A stretch of 64,000 bases of DNA from Longimicrobiales bacterium (lineage in GTDB: Bacteria > Gemmatimonadota > Gemmatimonadetes > Longimicrobiales > Gaopeijiaceae): assembly GCA_963664435.2 (NCBI GenBank), contig CAXXKM010000002.1, positions 448,001 through 512,000 on the forward strand, given 5' to 3'. The translations under genes were made by a program, and so were the position numbers. Positions within the stretch are counted from its first letter, which is position 1, and every line of letters begins with the position of its first letter. Of the stretch, positions 40,256 to 50,490 are shown one piece after another. Below the pieces are notes generated by a model. That model saw only the letters and a program-made list of their open reading frames with translations. It had not been told where the DNA came from and ran no database searches.

Positions 40256-42400
40256 ATGCGCGCGTCGGGGCCTGAGATGATGCGCGTCGGGGCCTTCGAG
40301 GCGCGTCGATGGGCCGGCCTCGTGTTTGCAGCCGGACCCGGCGAGGGCATCGGCCTCCGCCTCGTGTTCACCACGCCGGACGGGCGACGCCGCGAGTTGG
40401 AGGACTGGTACTGGATGGTCTCCCGCGTCGGCTCCCACGCGCCGGACGGCAGCTACGCGCGCATGGAGTTCGACCTCGCCGCAGAGCCCTCGCCGGCATC
40501 CCGCCCCGCAGAGACCACGCTCGTTCTGGAGTGGTCGCGCCGTGAGGACGCCGTAGCGTTGCGGGCGGTGGCGCGCGCGCCGGGACGGATGGAGCTGGTG
40601 GGCGACGATCCATGGGGATGGAAGGCAAGGTGGGAGGAAGCGTCCGGCGGCTGGCGCGCGGCCCCTGGAGGCGTGGAGATCGCCGCTGCGTTCGGGCCCC
40701 GGGCCGGAGATACGGTCGCCGCCGTGGTCGCCTGGAGGCCGGAGGAGGCGCCGTCCCGATCCGCCGCGGGGACCGCGGGCGGTGATCGCCTTCGTCGTGG
40801 TCCAGCCAATGCCAACCGGCCCGCCTCGGCCGCCCTGGCCCGCGCGCGGCGCCTGCTTCCCGGGCTGGACCGCTGGATCGACGACGCACGGGCCGACTGG
40901 GACCGCCGCCGCCCACGTTCGTCGGGGGCCGCGGAGGGATTGGTCGAAGCGGTCGCGGACAGCCTGATGTGGACCGTCCTCCTCCAGCCGGAAACGGGAC
41001 GCCTGTACGCGCCGGCCGGCCGCCGCTGGATCTTCCCGAAGCCGCGGCACGGCGCACGGCGGGAGAGTACACCGGAGGATCGCGCGGAGGAGAGCGCACC
41101 GGGGGATAGCACGCGGGACCTCGGACCCGCCCCCGACGACTGGACAATCTTCGGGTGGGATTCCTTCTTCAACGCCCTCGCGCTCGCCATCGCTTCGGGC
41201 CGGCTGGCCTGGGACGCGCTCCTCGCCGGGCTCGCGTCGCGCTACCCGAACGGAAACGTGCCCAACTGGAGGAGCCGGCTGGCCGGAACGCCCGACCGCT
41301 CCCAGCCGCCTGTCGGATCGTTCGCCGCCTTGAAGCTGCATCTCGCGCACCCGGATGAGGACGCGCTGGCCGCCGCCTGGCCGGGGCTGCTCGCGTGGAG
41401 CGACTGGTGGGTGGCCGACAAGCGTGGACGCCCGCGCCGGGAAGGGCTCACGCCGGGACTGCTCGCGTGGGGCTCGGATTCGGCGCTGGTTCCGGGGCCC
41501 GAACAGCTGCCCGAGTGGGAAGTGGGCGCCAGCGGCCACCAGCGGGCGGCGTGGGAGTCCGGCCAGGACGACCTGCCGCTGTGGGAGGACGCGGAATGGG
41601 ATCCCCGGCGGGAAGTCCTCGCCATGTCCGCCGTCGATCTGTGCAGCTACCGCGCCCTCGACCTCGAGTGCCTGTCCCGGATCTCCCGCATCCTGGGCGA
41701 CCCGGCGGCCGCGCGACGGCTGGAGGCCGAGCGCCGCCGCCTCGTCGCGACGATGAACGAGGTGCTGTGGTGCGACGCCGCCGGGCTCTACCTGGACGAG
41801 CTGCCCGCAGGCCGGTCAACGCGCGTGGCGGCGTCGAACTTCCTTCCGCTGATTGCCGGCGTGCCATCGGCCCGTCGGGCGCGGCGCATGGTCGGCGTGC
41901 TGCGCGATCCCGCGCGCTTCTGGGGAGAGTGGGTGCTCCCGACCATCCCGCGGGACGACCCCGCGTTCGACGACCAGCAGTATTGGCGCGGCTCCATCTG
42001 GCCGCCCATGAACTACCTCGCGCTGCAGGGCCTGCGCCGCTACGGTTTCGACGAGGTGGCCAGCGAACTCGCGTGGAGGGGGGCGCTCATGTTCCTGGCC
42101 GACCGGCGCCGCACGGGTTTCTGCCGCGAGAACTTCGACGCGCGCAGCGGCCGGGGACGGGGCCATCGCTTCCAGAGCTGGGGGCCACTGTTCGCGCTGG
42201 GCGCCATCGAGGAGTTCGTCGACGCCTGTCCCTGGCGCGGACTGCGCACCGGCTCCCGGCTGCCCGCGTTCGTCGCCCGCAAAGGGGGACGCTTCGCCAC
42301 AACAGACCCGGGGGGTGGAGACACCCAGGCTCCCACGTGGGCCCGCATCGATGGGCTCCGCCTGGCGGGTCGGGCGCGCTCGGTTCAGCTATCGCGATAG
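40256..42400 (+). CDS. Second MGH1/GH63-like glycoside hydrolase
   Basis: FGWDSFF, DRSQPPV, ESGQDD, YWRGSIWPPMNY and RENF motifs. Confidence 0.85.
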   Translation: MRASGPEMMRVGAFEARRWAGLVFAAGPGEGIGLRLVFTTPDGRRRELEDWYWMVSRVGSHAPDGSYARMEFDLAAEPSPASRPAETTLVLEWSRREDAVALRAVARAPGRMELVGDDPWGWKARWEEASGGWRAAPGGVEIAAAFGPRAGDTVAAVVAWRPEEAPSRSAAGTAGGDRLRRGPANANRPASAALARARRLLPGLDRWIDDARADWDRRRPRSSGAAEGLVEAVADSLMWTVLLQPETGRLYAPAGRRWIFPKPRHGARRESTPEDRAEESAPGDSTRDLGPAPDDWTIFGWDSFFNALALAIASGRLAWDALLAGLASRYPNGNVPNWRSRLAGTPDRSQPPVGSFAALKLHLAHPDEDALAAAWPGLLAWSDWWVADKRGRPRREGLTPGLLAWGSDSALVPGPEQLPEWEVGASGHQRAAWESGQDDLPLWEDAEWDPRREVLAMSAVDLCSYRALDLECLSRISRILGDPAAARRLEAERRRLVATMNEVLWCDAAGLYLDELPAGRSTRVAASNFLPLIAGVPSARRARRMVGVLRDPARFWGEWVLPTIPRDDPAFDDQQYWRGSIWPPMNYLALQGLRRYGFDEVASELAWRGALMFLADRRRTGFCRENFDARSGRGRGHRFQSWGPLFALGAIEEFVDACPWRGLRTGSRLPAFVARKGGRFATTDPGGGDTQAPTWARIDGLRLAGRARSVQLSR

Positions 42401-42503
42401 GTGCGCACCGTTATCCGGTGCGTAGCAGTGCTGTTCATGGACATAATCCCCCGAACGCACCGCTTTTCGTTGCGCATCCTGTGAGCCATGGTTACCATCT
42501 CGC

Positions 42504-42878
42504 ATGAGCCAGCCAGCCATCGCCACCATGCAGACTCCCGACCGACGCACCGCCAGAGCCCTGAGTCATCTGAAGACGATCCGGGCCGGAGTGCGCTCCG
42601 ACCGATCGATCGCGGCTGTCCTCGGGGTCTCGCATTCCCAGGTGTCACGCTGGAAACGGGGCCAGCGTCCCGACCGGGACAACGCCGACCGCCTCGCCGC
42701 GCTGGCCCTGGTGGTCGAGATGCTGCTCCGGTGGCTGGACGCGGACATCATCGAGGAGTGGCTCACCGGGGCGAACGCCCACCTCGACGGGGCTACCCCG
42801 TCGTACTTCATCCAGCGAAGCCGACTCGCCGAGGTCGTCGGAGCGGTGGAAGCGATGAAGACCGGTGTCTTCGCCTGA
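42504..42878 (+). CDS. Xre/MbcA-type antitoxin
   Basis: HTH (IAAVLGVSHSQVSRW) and WL.G.N.HL.G.TP motif. Confidence 0.82.
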   Translation: MSQPAIATMQTPDRRTARALSHLKTIRAGVRSDRSIAAVLGVSHSQVSRWKRGQRPDRDNADRLAALALVVEMLLRWLDADIIEEWLTGANAHLDGATPSYFIQRSRLAEVVGAVEAMKTGVFA

Positions 42879-43440
42879 GCGCTCGTTCTGGCGCGTCTTT
42901 CCCTGGGATCCGGACGTAAACGAGGGAAACCTGTTCTCGCCGTCCTTCATCCCGCCGACCGCGGGTCGGGGGCGCTTCGATCTACCAGTGGCCTGTTCTC
43001 CCGTGCTCTACGTGGCCGAATCTCCGGAACACGCGATTGCGGAGGCCATTCAGCCATGGCGTAACCGGCCCCTGCGCCAACCTCACCTGGTTCGGGCCGG
43101 ACGTCCCCTGGCGCTGGTCGGGGTGCAATTGGCGGCCGAGACGGCGTCGGAACTGGCCGACCTCTGTCAGCCGGACGTGCTCGGCCGACTTGGGTTGAGC
43201 GCGGACCGGGTGGCCTCACGTCATCGGCGGCGGACCCAGGCGATCGCGGCGTCGGTGTGGGACAGTGGCCACGCCGGCCTGCGATGGTGGTCCAGCTTCT
43301 GGGGGGACTGGCACGGGATCGTTCTCTTCACGGCCCGAATGAAGGGGAGCGTGCACTTCGGGAGCCCAGAGGTGCTGTCGGCGGAGAACCCGGCGCTTCA
43401 GGAAGCGGCCGCCGCGCTCGGTATGCCGGTGGCGATCTGA
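42865..43440 (+). CDS. RES-domain toxin
   Basis: GRGRFD, LYVAESPEHAIAE and GLRWWS motifs. Confidence 0.82.
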   Translation: MSSPERSFWRVFPWDPDVNEGNLFSPSFIPPTAGRGRFDLPVACSPVLYVAESPEHAIAEAIQPWRNRPLRQPHLVRAGRPLALVGVQLAAETASELADLCQPDVLGRLGLSADRVASRHRRRTQAIAASVWDSGHAGLRWWSSFWGDWHGIVLFTARMKGSVHFGSPEVLSAENPALQEAAAALGMPVAI

Positions 43441-43477
43441 GGGTATCCGCGTCACCAGGGTCGACCATGGTCACCGC

Positions 43478-44149
43478 TCAACCCGCGCGCCAGCCGACCT
43501 CTGCAGCCCACGCATCCCGGGCGCTCGCGTAGGCTGCGTAATCGACCGGAGGCCGCTCTTCCTCGGCGGCCGCCCGGCCGCGGGCGTCCCTCACTTGTTC
43601 TTCCAGCGACGGCAGGCCGACGGCACGTCGGCGTCCGGCAAGCTTCTGCGGATCCTCCACCTCGCCCGGGCTCAGATTCCCGTCTGCATCCCAGTCAAGC
43701 TGGGTGCCGTAGCGCTGGGGGCGCCCCTCGAAGAATCGAATCCGGTCCTCCAGCATGGCGGCGTGTGCCGGATCCGCCTTCCCCTCCAGTGCGGCCGTCG
43801 TGAGAAGCGGCAGCGCTCGACGGAGCAGGTCCGGCTCCGAAATCGCGTGTTGGAGGATCAGCCAGGCGGCCTCGGCTCCGTCACAGCCGACCAGATCCGC
43901 CCCCGGCCATCCGACCGACTCGATGATGCGCCGAAGACGCTGGGCATTGCATTGGTGCACCCGAGCCATCCGAGGCTCATAGCCAGCGTTGAAGAGCGCG
44001 CCGGAAGCTGCGAGTTCGGCCCGCGTGGAGAGATCCAGCCGGGCCATGGTCAGGAGCGCGCGCCGCAGGGGCTCCGGCCGCCTCGACGCATTGGCCAGGA
44101 TCTCGCACAGGGGATCCCCGGGCTTGCGACCGCCTGCGCTATCGGTCAT
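43478..44149 (-). CDS. DUF6624-like protein
   Basis: GWPG..LVG.DG..AAWLILQHA, A.LEDR and PQRYGTQ motifs. Confidence 0.8.
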   Translation of the reverse strand: MTDSAGGRKPGDPLCEILANASRRPEPLRRALLTMARLDLSTRAELAASGALFNAGYEPRMARVHQCNAQRLRRIIESVGWPGADLVGCDGAEAAWLILQHAISEPDLLRRALPLLTTAALEGKADPAHAAMLEDRIRFFEGRPQRYGTQLDWDADGNLSPGEVEDPQKLAGRRRAVGLPSLEEQVRDARGRAAAEEERPPVDYAAYASARDAWAAEVGWRAG

Positions 44150-44228
44150 CCGTCCCACCGCGTAGCGTCGCGGCCCGCCGCGCGGCCGGATGCGAGCTCT
44201 GTCGGGAAAGCATCGATCGCACCGCCCC

Positions 44229-44912
44229 TTACGACTTGCGTCCCACAAGAACAGCGATGGGCCCCTCGCTCCAGGCGATCCCCGCCGTGAACTCCGCAGC
44301 CGCCATTGCCGCCAGCTCCAGCTCGATCGGCTGGTAGGTGTCTTCCTCCGCCCACTCCTCGAAGTGCTGGTAGGCCCGTTCCTCGGGGATGCCCCGGGAG
44401 ACCATGTGCGCGGCCCAGAATGCGTACCCGGCCTCCCGCCCCTCAGGGTCCGACGGCATCACGGCATCCGCGTTAACGAAGACGCCCCCGGGACGCAGAG
44501 ATGCGTGGATGCGCCGGTAGAGGGCGCCCTTGTCCTCCATTTCGGGAATGTGATGCAGGGCGAGCGAGGCGGCGACCGCGTCGCACGCCGGCAACGGATC
44601 CAGAAACGACCGCTCGCGGAAGCGCGCGCGGCTGCCGAAGCGCTCCAGCCGGGCCCGCGCCTGGTCGAGCATCTCCGCGTCCACGTCGACAAGTTCGATG
44701 GTGCCGATGGCCTCGTGCCGGAGAATCGCCGCGGAAAGAGCGCCCGTGCCGGCCCCGAGATCGAGGACCAGGCCGGGGCGCACGGACGCGACCGCGCGCG
44801 CGGCGGCATCCAGCATCGCCTCGTACCCCGGAATGAAGCGGCGAATGATGTCGTCATACGCATCGACTTCGACGCGCAGGTGACGACGAACGGAGTGCGA
44901 CATACGTGCCAT
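44229..44912 (-). CDS. Class I SAM-dependent methyltransferase
   Basis: VLDLGAGTG, SLALHH and LRPGGVF motifs. Confidence 0.88.
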   Translation of the reverse strand: MARMSHSVRRHLRVEVDAYDDIIRRFIPGYEAMLDAAARAVASVRPGLVLDLGAGTGALSAAILRHEAIGTIELVDVDAEMLDQARARLERFGSRARFRERSFLDPLPACDAVAASLALHHIPEMEDKGALYRRIHASLRPGGVFVNADAVMPSDPEGREAGYAFWAAHMVSRGIPEERAYQHFEEWAEEDTYQPIELELAAMAAAEFTAGIAWSEGPIAVLVGRKS

Positions 44913-45100
44913 TGTTTTCTTGCGCCACCGACTTCGTCAATGCCAACGTACCACGTTCCGCATCGGTTGCCTCCGGAGACGTCCTTCCGGAACAGCCCGT
45001 CCGGTCGACCGCCGTGCGATGGAACCGCTGCCAGGCCGGCGGAGGCGATGTCGGCGGGAGTCGGCAGGAGGCCGCGGCAGATTCTTCAAGTTGAGGCGAC

Positions 45101-45580
45101 ATGGCCGTCGTGAGCGCCGTTCCGTTCACCCTGAAACGCAGCTCCGACCTCTACACATCCGGCGGAGGATACGAATCCACCACCGAGACGGCCCAAGGGC
45201 TCGTGCGGCTGGAGGAGGACCGCCTGGTGATTCAGTGGCGTGTCGCCGTGCTGACGGAATCGATGGAAGGCAGCGGTTACGAGACACGCGAAGCGATCGA
45301 GCCCGTGAAGGAGATCGTGATCCCGCTTTCCAAGGTGGCGGGCGCGTCCGTGCCGGAGCGGAAATGGTGGAGGCTGCGCGGTCCGAAGCTCACCATCACC
45401 GCTTCGGACCTCCTTGCCTTCGAGAAGATCGCCGGACCCCAGGGGCTCAAGCTCAAGCATCCCTCGAAGCTCGTACTGAGGATCAAGCGGGCCGACCGGC
45501 TGATCGCGCAGGAGTTTGCCGCCGAGTTGGCGCTTACGCTGACCCGGTTGTCGTTGCCATTGAGACACCCGCAAGGCTAG
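45101..45580 (+). CDS. Hypothetical protein
   Basis: GAGG RBS and host-like codon usage. Confidence 0.6.
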   Translation: MAVVSAVPFTLKRSSDLYTSGGGYESTTETAQGLVRLEEDRLVIQWRVAVLTESMEGSGYETREAIEPVKEIVIPLSKVAGASVPERKWWRLRGPKLTITASDLLAFEKIAGPQGLKLKHPSKLVLRIKRADRLIAQEFAAELALTLTRLSLPLRHPQG

Positions 45581-45648
45581 AGTTTGCCGCGCCGAACGAT
45601 ACCCTGGCGCTACAAACCCGAAGCGAAGAAGACGGGAGGGATGAGACC

Positions 45649-46485
45649 ATGACGGTGGACATCAACGAAGTCGGCACGACCGCGTTCGTGATCGCCTGCT
45701 TCCGGGCGATGGAGAAGGAGAGGGCGCGGCCGCTTTTCGAGGATCCGTACGCCGAGTGGTTCGTTACGGACCAGGCGATGGGGATGGCTCGCCAGTTGGC
45801 CGGGGCGGTGCCCGAGTCGACCCACATGCTCCGCTTCCGCACGCGCTTCTTCAACCGCTTCGTGGAGCGGGGGATCGCCGAGGGCGCGCGCCAGGTCGTT
45901 TCGCTGGGGTCCGGCCTGGACATGCGCGCCCAGATCTTCGCGGCGCCGGGGGTGACCCACTACGAGGTGGACCAGGAGGCAGTGGTCCGCTACAAGGACG
46001 AGGTCCTGCGCGGACACGGCATTACGCCCTGTCCCGCGCTCCCCTTCAACTACCTGGAAGTCGACCTCCCGGAGAAGCTGGCGGAAGCCGGCTTCGATCT
46101 GGACGCCCCGACGGTGATCGTGTGGGAAGGCAACACCATGTATCTGCCCACCGAGACCATCTTCCCCTTCCTGAACAGCCTGTGCGCCCGGATGTCGTCG
46201 TTCCGCATCGCCTTCGACTACTTCGCCGCCGACCTGCAGGAGCGGGTTTTCGAGAGGGAAAAGGATCTCGAACGCATCGAGGCGGTGGAGCGCGCCATGG
46301 GGGCGTCGTTTCCGACCGGGTTCGAAGACCTGGCGGTGTTCGAGGCGGAGACGCCGCTGAAGGTGCTGGAGTCCGGACCCATCGGAGAGCTGGGCGAAGC
46401 GTACGGCACCGACGACATCGCGGAGAACATGGCGGCGGACGAGGGGCTGAGCGTCTATCAATACGGCGTGCTGGGGACGCGGTAA
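45649..46485 (+). CDS. SAM-dependent methyltransferase, LCM-like family
   Basis: TA...A..RA.E, LF.DPYA, RTRFF, QVVSLGSGLD.RA and WEG..MYL motifs. Confidence 0.85.
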   Translation: MTVDINEVGTTAFVIACFRAMEKERARPLFEDPYAEWFVTDQAMGMARQLAGAVPESTHMLRFRTRFFNRFVERGIAEGARQVVSLGSGLDMRAQIFAAPGVTHYEVDQEAVVRYKDEVLRGHGITPCPALPFNYLEVDLPEKLAEAGFDLDAPTVIVWEGNTMYLPTETIFPFLNSLCARMSSFRIAFDYFAADLQERVFEREKDLERIEAVERAMGASFPTGFEDLAVFEAETPLKVLESGPIGELGEAYGTDDIAENMAADEGLSVYQYGVLGTR

Positions 46486-46487
46486 CG

Positions 46488-47039
46488 ATGCCAACCAGAT
46501 CCCCCAACCCCGAGCTTCGCTATCCCATCGGCCGGTACGCTCCTCCGGCCGAAATCACGGAGCACCAGGTAGAGACCTGGATCGACGAGATTGCGGCGCT
46601 GCCCGCGGATCTGAGGGCGACGGTCGGGCCCCTGACGGACCAGCAGCTGGACACGCCGTACCGTCCGGACGGCTGGACCGTGCGCCAGGTCGTCCACCAC
46701 CTGTTCGACAGCCACCTGAACAGCTACGTGCGCTTCAAGTGGACCCTGACCGAGGACCGGCCGACCATCAAGGCCTACGACGAGAAGGCCTGGGCGGAAC
46801 TGCCGGACGCCAGCGGCCCGGTCGGCCCCTCGCTCGACGCCCTGGAGGCCCTTCACGCCCGCTGGGAGGAGCTCCTGCGCCGGCTGACCTGGCCGCAGTT
46901 CCAGCTCGAGTTCGTGCACCCGAAGGCCGGCGCGATCCCGCTGGCCCGGAACGTCGGCCTCTACGCGTGGCACGGCCGGCACCACCTGGCGCACATCGAA
47001 CGGCTGATGGAGCGGGAGGGATGGATGCAGGCCGAATAG
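46488..47039 (+). CDS. YfiT/BstA-family DinB-like metal-dependent protein
   Basis: LRYPIG, LDTPYRPDGWTVRQVVHH..DSH and YAWHGRHHLAH motifs. Confidence 0.9.
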   Translation: MPTRSPNPELRYPIGRYAPPAEITEHQVETWIDEIAALPADLRATVGPLTDQQLDTPYRPDGWTVRQVVHHLFDSHLNSYVRFKWTLTEDRPTIKAYDEKAWAELPDASGPVGPSLDALEALHARWEELLRRLTWPQFQLEFVHPKAGAIPLARNVGLYAWHGRHHLAHIERLMEREGWMQAE

Positions 47040-47088
47040 CGCGGATGCATCGCTGACTCGTCTGCCGAAGGAGTTCGTCCGCCGGCTG

Positions 47089-49677
47089 TCAGACCGTATG
47101 GCGGGCCCTGATCGCCCTTGCCCGGCACCGAGCCTTCGCCTCCTCGATCACATCGTGCCAGCTGTCGAGGGCCGGATCGCTGGCCAGTGAATCCAGAGCC
47201 CGGCCGGCGCCGGGATCAGCGCGTTCGGCGAGGATCACCAGCCAGCGCTTGATGAGGCCGTCCGTCCGGAGGCTGAACGTCGAAGAGCGGAGCCTGGACC
47301 TGTGGCCGCTGAGGCCGCCCCACCAAGGGTCGTACCAGGACCCCAGCGCCCTGACCAGTGCCGCGATATCCGCCGTATCCCATTCGACCCAGGGCTCCGG
47401 GATGGCGGGCTCCTTGAGCCACCCGGGCACGAGAAACCTGAGAATGTGGCGCGCCCTCGGCTCCCGTCCCTTCTCGACAAAGCTCACGGCCGCCGGCGTG
47501 AACTGTCGGGCCGAGGCAATCAATCCGGCGCCCAGCCAAACCGCGCGCTGAGCCACGTCCATGCCCCGGGCGGCGACCCGGCGGCGGATTCGCCCGGCGA
47601 ACTCATCGCGCGGGACATGCACGAGGGCGGCCCACAGCAGAGCGTGAAGGGCCGAGACCTGGGTCCGTGAACAGCGCGTGGGGAAGACACCGAGCAACCG
47701 GGGCACTCCGCGCCGCGCCATCTTGGCGTAGATGGAATCTCCGGCGAGCGCGAAGAGATGGTTGTTGTGGTCCTTTCGGCGCCGGATGAGCGACCTGTGC
47801 ACCGCCACCAGCGCCCCCGCACAGGGCTCGGGGTGCGACCGGACGGCCCGCCGATACCACGCGGGCTTCGCCACGTAGGGCGTGATGTAGTAGCAGCCCA
47901 CGGCCCTGGCGACCGCGTCCGCATCGAGCCCGTCCAGCGCATCCCCGCCGAGCCGACCGATCTCACCCATGCCGGCCAGGATCTGGTACGCGAAGCGCGG
48001 CACCGTGTCGTTGAAGGGCGGCGCTTTCGCGTACTCTTCCTCCCGCCGGACGACGTCGTCGAGCGAAGGGAGATCGTCCCTCCGCACGAGGCGGGGAAGA
48101 CCGGCGAGCACCGACGTCAGGAGACCATCGTCATCGCCCAGCCGAATGCGCAGACGCTCGATCGGGTCGCCCTGGTAGTGCTCCGGCATCGCGCCCATGT
48201 ACGCGCGCCCCATCATATGCCAGAGCCATGGCGACCCCCGGCCCCGGGCCATCGCGTCCTCGTGCTCGCGGACGCCCGCCATGAGCCTGATTCGTTCGTC
48301 GCGCAGGATGGGGTCCTCGGCTTCTTCCAGCCCGGGCACAATCGGGTCTCCATACCCCGGGAACGATCCCGAGGGTGCTCCGTATCCCGGAGATGGCTCG
48401 CGGACCGAACGGCTCTCTCCCGTTCCATCGGTCGCTGAGGGCACCGGGTTGTCGGCCCAGTAGCGCGCCGGGTGGGAGAGAAACTCTTGCAGCGGCACCC
48501 CACGCTCCCCCACCACGAGCGTGCGGGCGCCAGGGAACCGCTTCTCGAACTGCGCCAGCCCGCGGAGACGCCCCAGTCGCGGTCCGCTCTTGACTTCGAT
48601 GCCGAGGAGGTTGGGGCCCCGGGAGAGCACGAAGTCGACTTCATGCGCCCCCTCGCGCCAGCTGGACAACTCGACGGCGTGCCCGGCCGTGTTGTGGAGG
48701 TGCGCGCCCACTCCGCTCTCGACAAGCCGCCCCCAGAAGGTGCGGTCGGCGCGTGCCTCCTCGAAGGTGTAGGTGAGCGGCGCCGTCATCAGCGCAGTAT
48801 TGAGAACGTTCAGCTTCGGGCTCGAAGCCCTGCCCAGGTATGGCTTGGTGGAGTACCCGGGCAGACCGGTGACCAGGCCGCCGTCCGACAGCAGATCGAG
48901 GTAGGTCGCCAGCGTGGTCGTGTTCCCGGCCTCCTGCAGCTGGCCCAGCATCTTGTTGTACGAAAGCATCTGGCCGGAATACCGGGCGGCAAGTTCCATC
49001 AGGCGGCGCATGAGCGGCGGCTTGTCCACCCGGGTCAGGGCGACGATGTCCCGTTCGATGCTCGGCGTGATGATCGTCTCGAGAACTGCCTCTCGCCAGA
49101 CTTCCAGGTTGCTGGCCACGGATGCTGTGCCGGGGTAGCCGCCGAAGAACAGGTACTCGTCGACACTGAAACCAAACGCCGCCGACATCTCGGAAAAAGA
49201 CCAGTGGCGGGAACGGACAGGCATGAAGCGGCCCGCGAGACTCTCGTGCAGGCCGGTCAGCATGGACCAGGGTGCGGATCCCGACACGATCACGCGAAGA
49301 GGGCATCCGGTACGCCGATCCCGGTCCCACTGGGTCTTTACAATCGTCGACCAGCCCTTGACGTACTGGATTTCGTCAAGGGCAAGGACAAGGCCCCGCG
49401 CGCTTTGTTCGGCGTCTCGGCGAGCCTCCTTCCAGGTGTCCAGGAGCCATGCGGTCCGCAACGAGTCGCCCTCTTCGTTCGTCTGGTATGCATGTTCCGC
49501 GAGGCTCTCATCGACCGGGTAGTAGCGGCTCGGGATATCCACGCGCCGGAGCGCCTGCCGGATCATCGTGGTCTTGCCCGTTTGACGTGGTCCCGTGAGC
49601 GCAACGATCCGCGGAGGATAGGGTCCGGTCAGGAAGTGGACGAGTTGGTCCAGCTGGGGGCGTTGGAAAGAGTGCAT
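47089..49677 (-). CDS. AAA_14 ATPase plus DUF4143 nuclease-like domain, with a ~430-aa C-terminal extension
   Basis: GPRQTGKTT, LDEIQ, ESLAGRF, GGYP, GRLVES and EVDFV..IEVKSG motifs, then an extra helical region. Confidence 0.85.
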   Translation of the reverse strand: MHSFQRPQLDQLVHFLTGPYPPRIVALTGPRQTGKTTMIRQALRRVDIPSRYYPVDESLAEHAYQTNEEGDSLRTAWLLDTWKEARRDAEQSARGLVLALDEIQYVKGWSTIVKTQWDRDRRTGCPLRVIVSGSAPWSMLTGLHESLAGRFMPVRSRHWSFSEMSAAFGFSVDEYLFFGGYPGTASVASNLEVWREAVLETIITPSIERDIVALTRVDKPPLMRRLMELAARYSGQMLSYNKMLGQLQEAGNTTTLATYLDLLSDGGLVTGLPGYSTKPYLGRASSPKLNVLNTALMTAPLTYTFEEARADRTFWGRLVESGVGAHLHNTAGHAVELSSWREGAHEVDFVLSRGPNLLGIEVKSGPRLGRLRGLAQFEKRFPGARTLVVGERGVPLQEFLSHPARYWADNPVPSATDGTGESRSVREPSPGYGAPSGSFPGYGDPIVPGLEEAEDPILRDERIRLMAGVREHEDAMARGRGSPWLWHMMGRAYMGAMPEHYQGDPIERLRIRLGDDDGLLTSVLAGLPRLVRRDDLPSLDDVVRREEEYAKAPPFNDTVPRFAYQILAGMGEIGRLGGDALDGLDADAVARAVGCYYITPYVAKPAWYRRAVRSHPEPCAGALVAVHRSLIRRRKDHNNHLFALAGDSIYAKMARRGVPRLLGVFPTRCSRTQVSALHALLWAALVHVPRDEFAGRIRRRVAARGMDVAQRAVWLGAGLIASARQFTPAAVSFVEKGREPRARHILRFLVPGWLKEPAIPEPWVEWDTADIAALVRALGSWYDPWWGGLSGHRSRLRSSTFSLRTDGLIKRWLVILAERADPGAGRALDSLASDPALDSWHDVIEEAKARCRARAIRARHTV

Positions 49678-49681
49678 GGAG

Positions 49682-49725
49682 GTAATGTAATCACTCATGT
49701 GATGATGCTCAACCACTTACATTAC
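49682..49725. promoter_or_regulatory. Inverted repeat GTAATGTAA...TTACATTAC upstream of the AAA gene
   Basis: Arms at 49682-49690 and 49717-49725. Confidence 0.5.
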
Positions 49726-49757
49726 GCAACTTGGCCAGCCAGCGGAAGCTAGGAGAC

Positions 49758-49786
49758 TTGATAGGTCAGAGTACCATGACTACATT
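49758..49786 (+). promoter_or_regulatory. Sigma70-like promoter of the phd-vapC pair (probably leaderless mRNA)
   Basis: TTGATA-17 bp-TACATT ending 6 bp before the GTG start; an internal GTCA..TGAC inverted repeat could be the operator. Confidence 0.55.
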
Positions 49787-49792
49787 GGTGTT

Positions 49793-50071
49793 GTGACTAC
49801 CGTGTCGATTTCAGAGCTGAAGGCGAACCTGTCGCGCTACGTGCGTCGAGTCCGTCGCGGAGGCGAGGTCCAGGTCCTCGATCGCGGCAAGCCGGTGGCC
49901 AGGCTCGTCCCCGCGATCGCGGATGGCGAGGAAGCGCGCGAGCGCCTGATCGCGCAGGGCTTGGTGCGGCCCGGGCAGGATGGGGCGGCTTCGATTCTCG
50001 ACGAGCCACCGCTGACGCTCCCCGCGAGCATCTCGGAAGCGCTGGCCGAAGACCGGGACGATCGATTGTGA
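49793..50071 (+). CDS. Phd/YefM-family antitoxin
   Basis: VSISELKANLS and GKPVARLVP motifs. Confidence 0.9.
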   Translation: MTTVSISELKANLSRYVRRVRRGGEVQVLDRGKPVARLVPAIADGEEARERLIAQGLVRPGQDGAASILDEPPLTLPASISEALAEDRDDRL

Positions 50072-50490
50072 GGTACTGGGACGCTTCCGCACTGGTCCCG
50101 CTGGTGGTCACCGAACGCGACAGCAACTGGGCGCGGAAAAGACTGGCCGAGGACGACCGGATCGTCACCTGGGCCTGGACGCGTACGGAAATCGTGAGCG
50201 CGATCGAGCGGCGGGCCCGCGAGGGGTCGTTAACCCGGATGCAGCGCCGGGACGTGCTTGGCCGCTTCGACACCTTCGCCAGCCACTGGGACGAGGTTAC
50301 CGATGTGCTCGCAGTCCGGTCGCGAGCGCTCCTGCTGCTCGCTCGCCACCCCCTGCGCACGGCCGATGCCGGCCAGCTTGGCGCGGCCCTGCTTGTGCAG
50401 GAGCAACTGGCCCAACCGCTGACGTTCGTGTGCCTGGACCAGCGGCTGTCGCTGGCGGCCGAACGGGAGAGCCTGCGGGTAACTCCTTAG
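50068..50490 (+). CDS. vapC: VapC PIN-domain toxin
   Basis: YWDASALV, TEIVSA, LRTADA and CLDQRL motifs. Confidence 0.88.
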   Translation: MRYWDASALVPLVVTERDSNWARKRLAEDDRIVTWAWTRTEIVSAIERRAREGSLTRMQRRDVLGRFDTFASHWDEVTDVLAVRSRALLLLARHPLRTADAGQLGAALLVQEQLAQPLTFVCLDQRLSLAAERESLRVTP

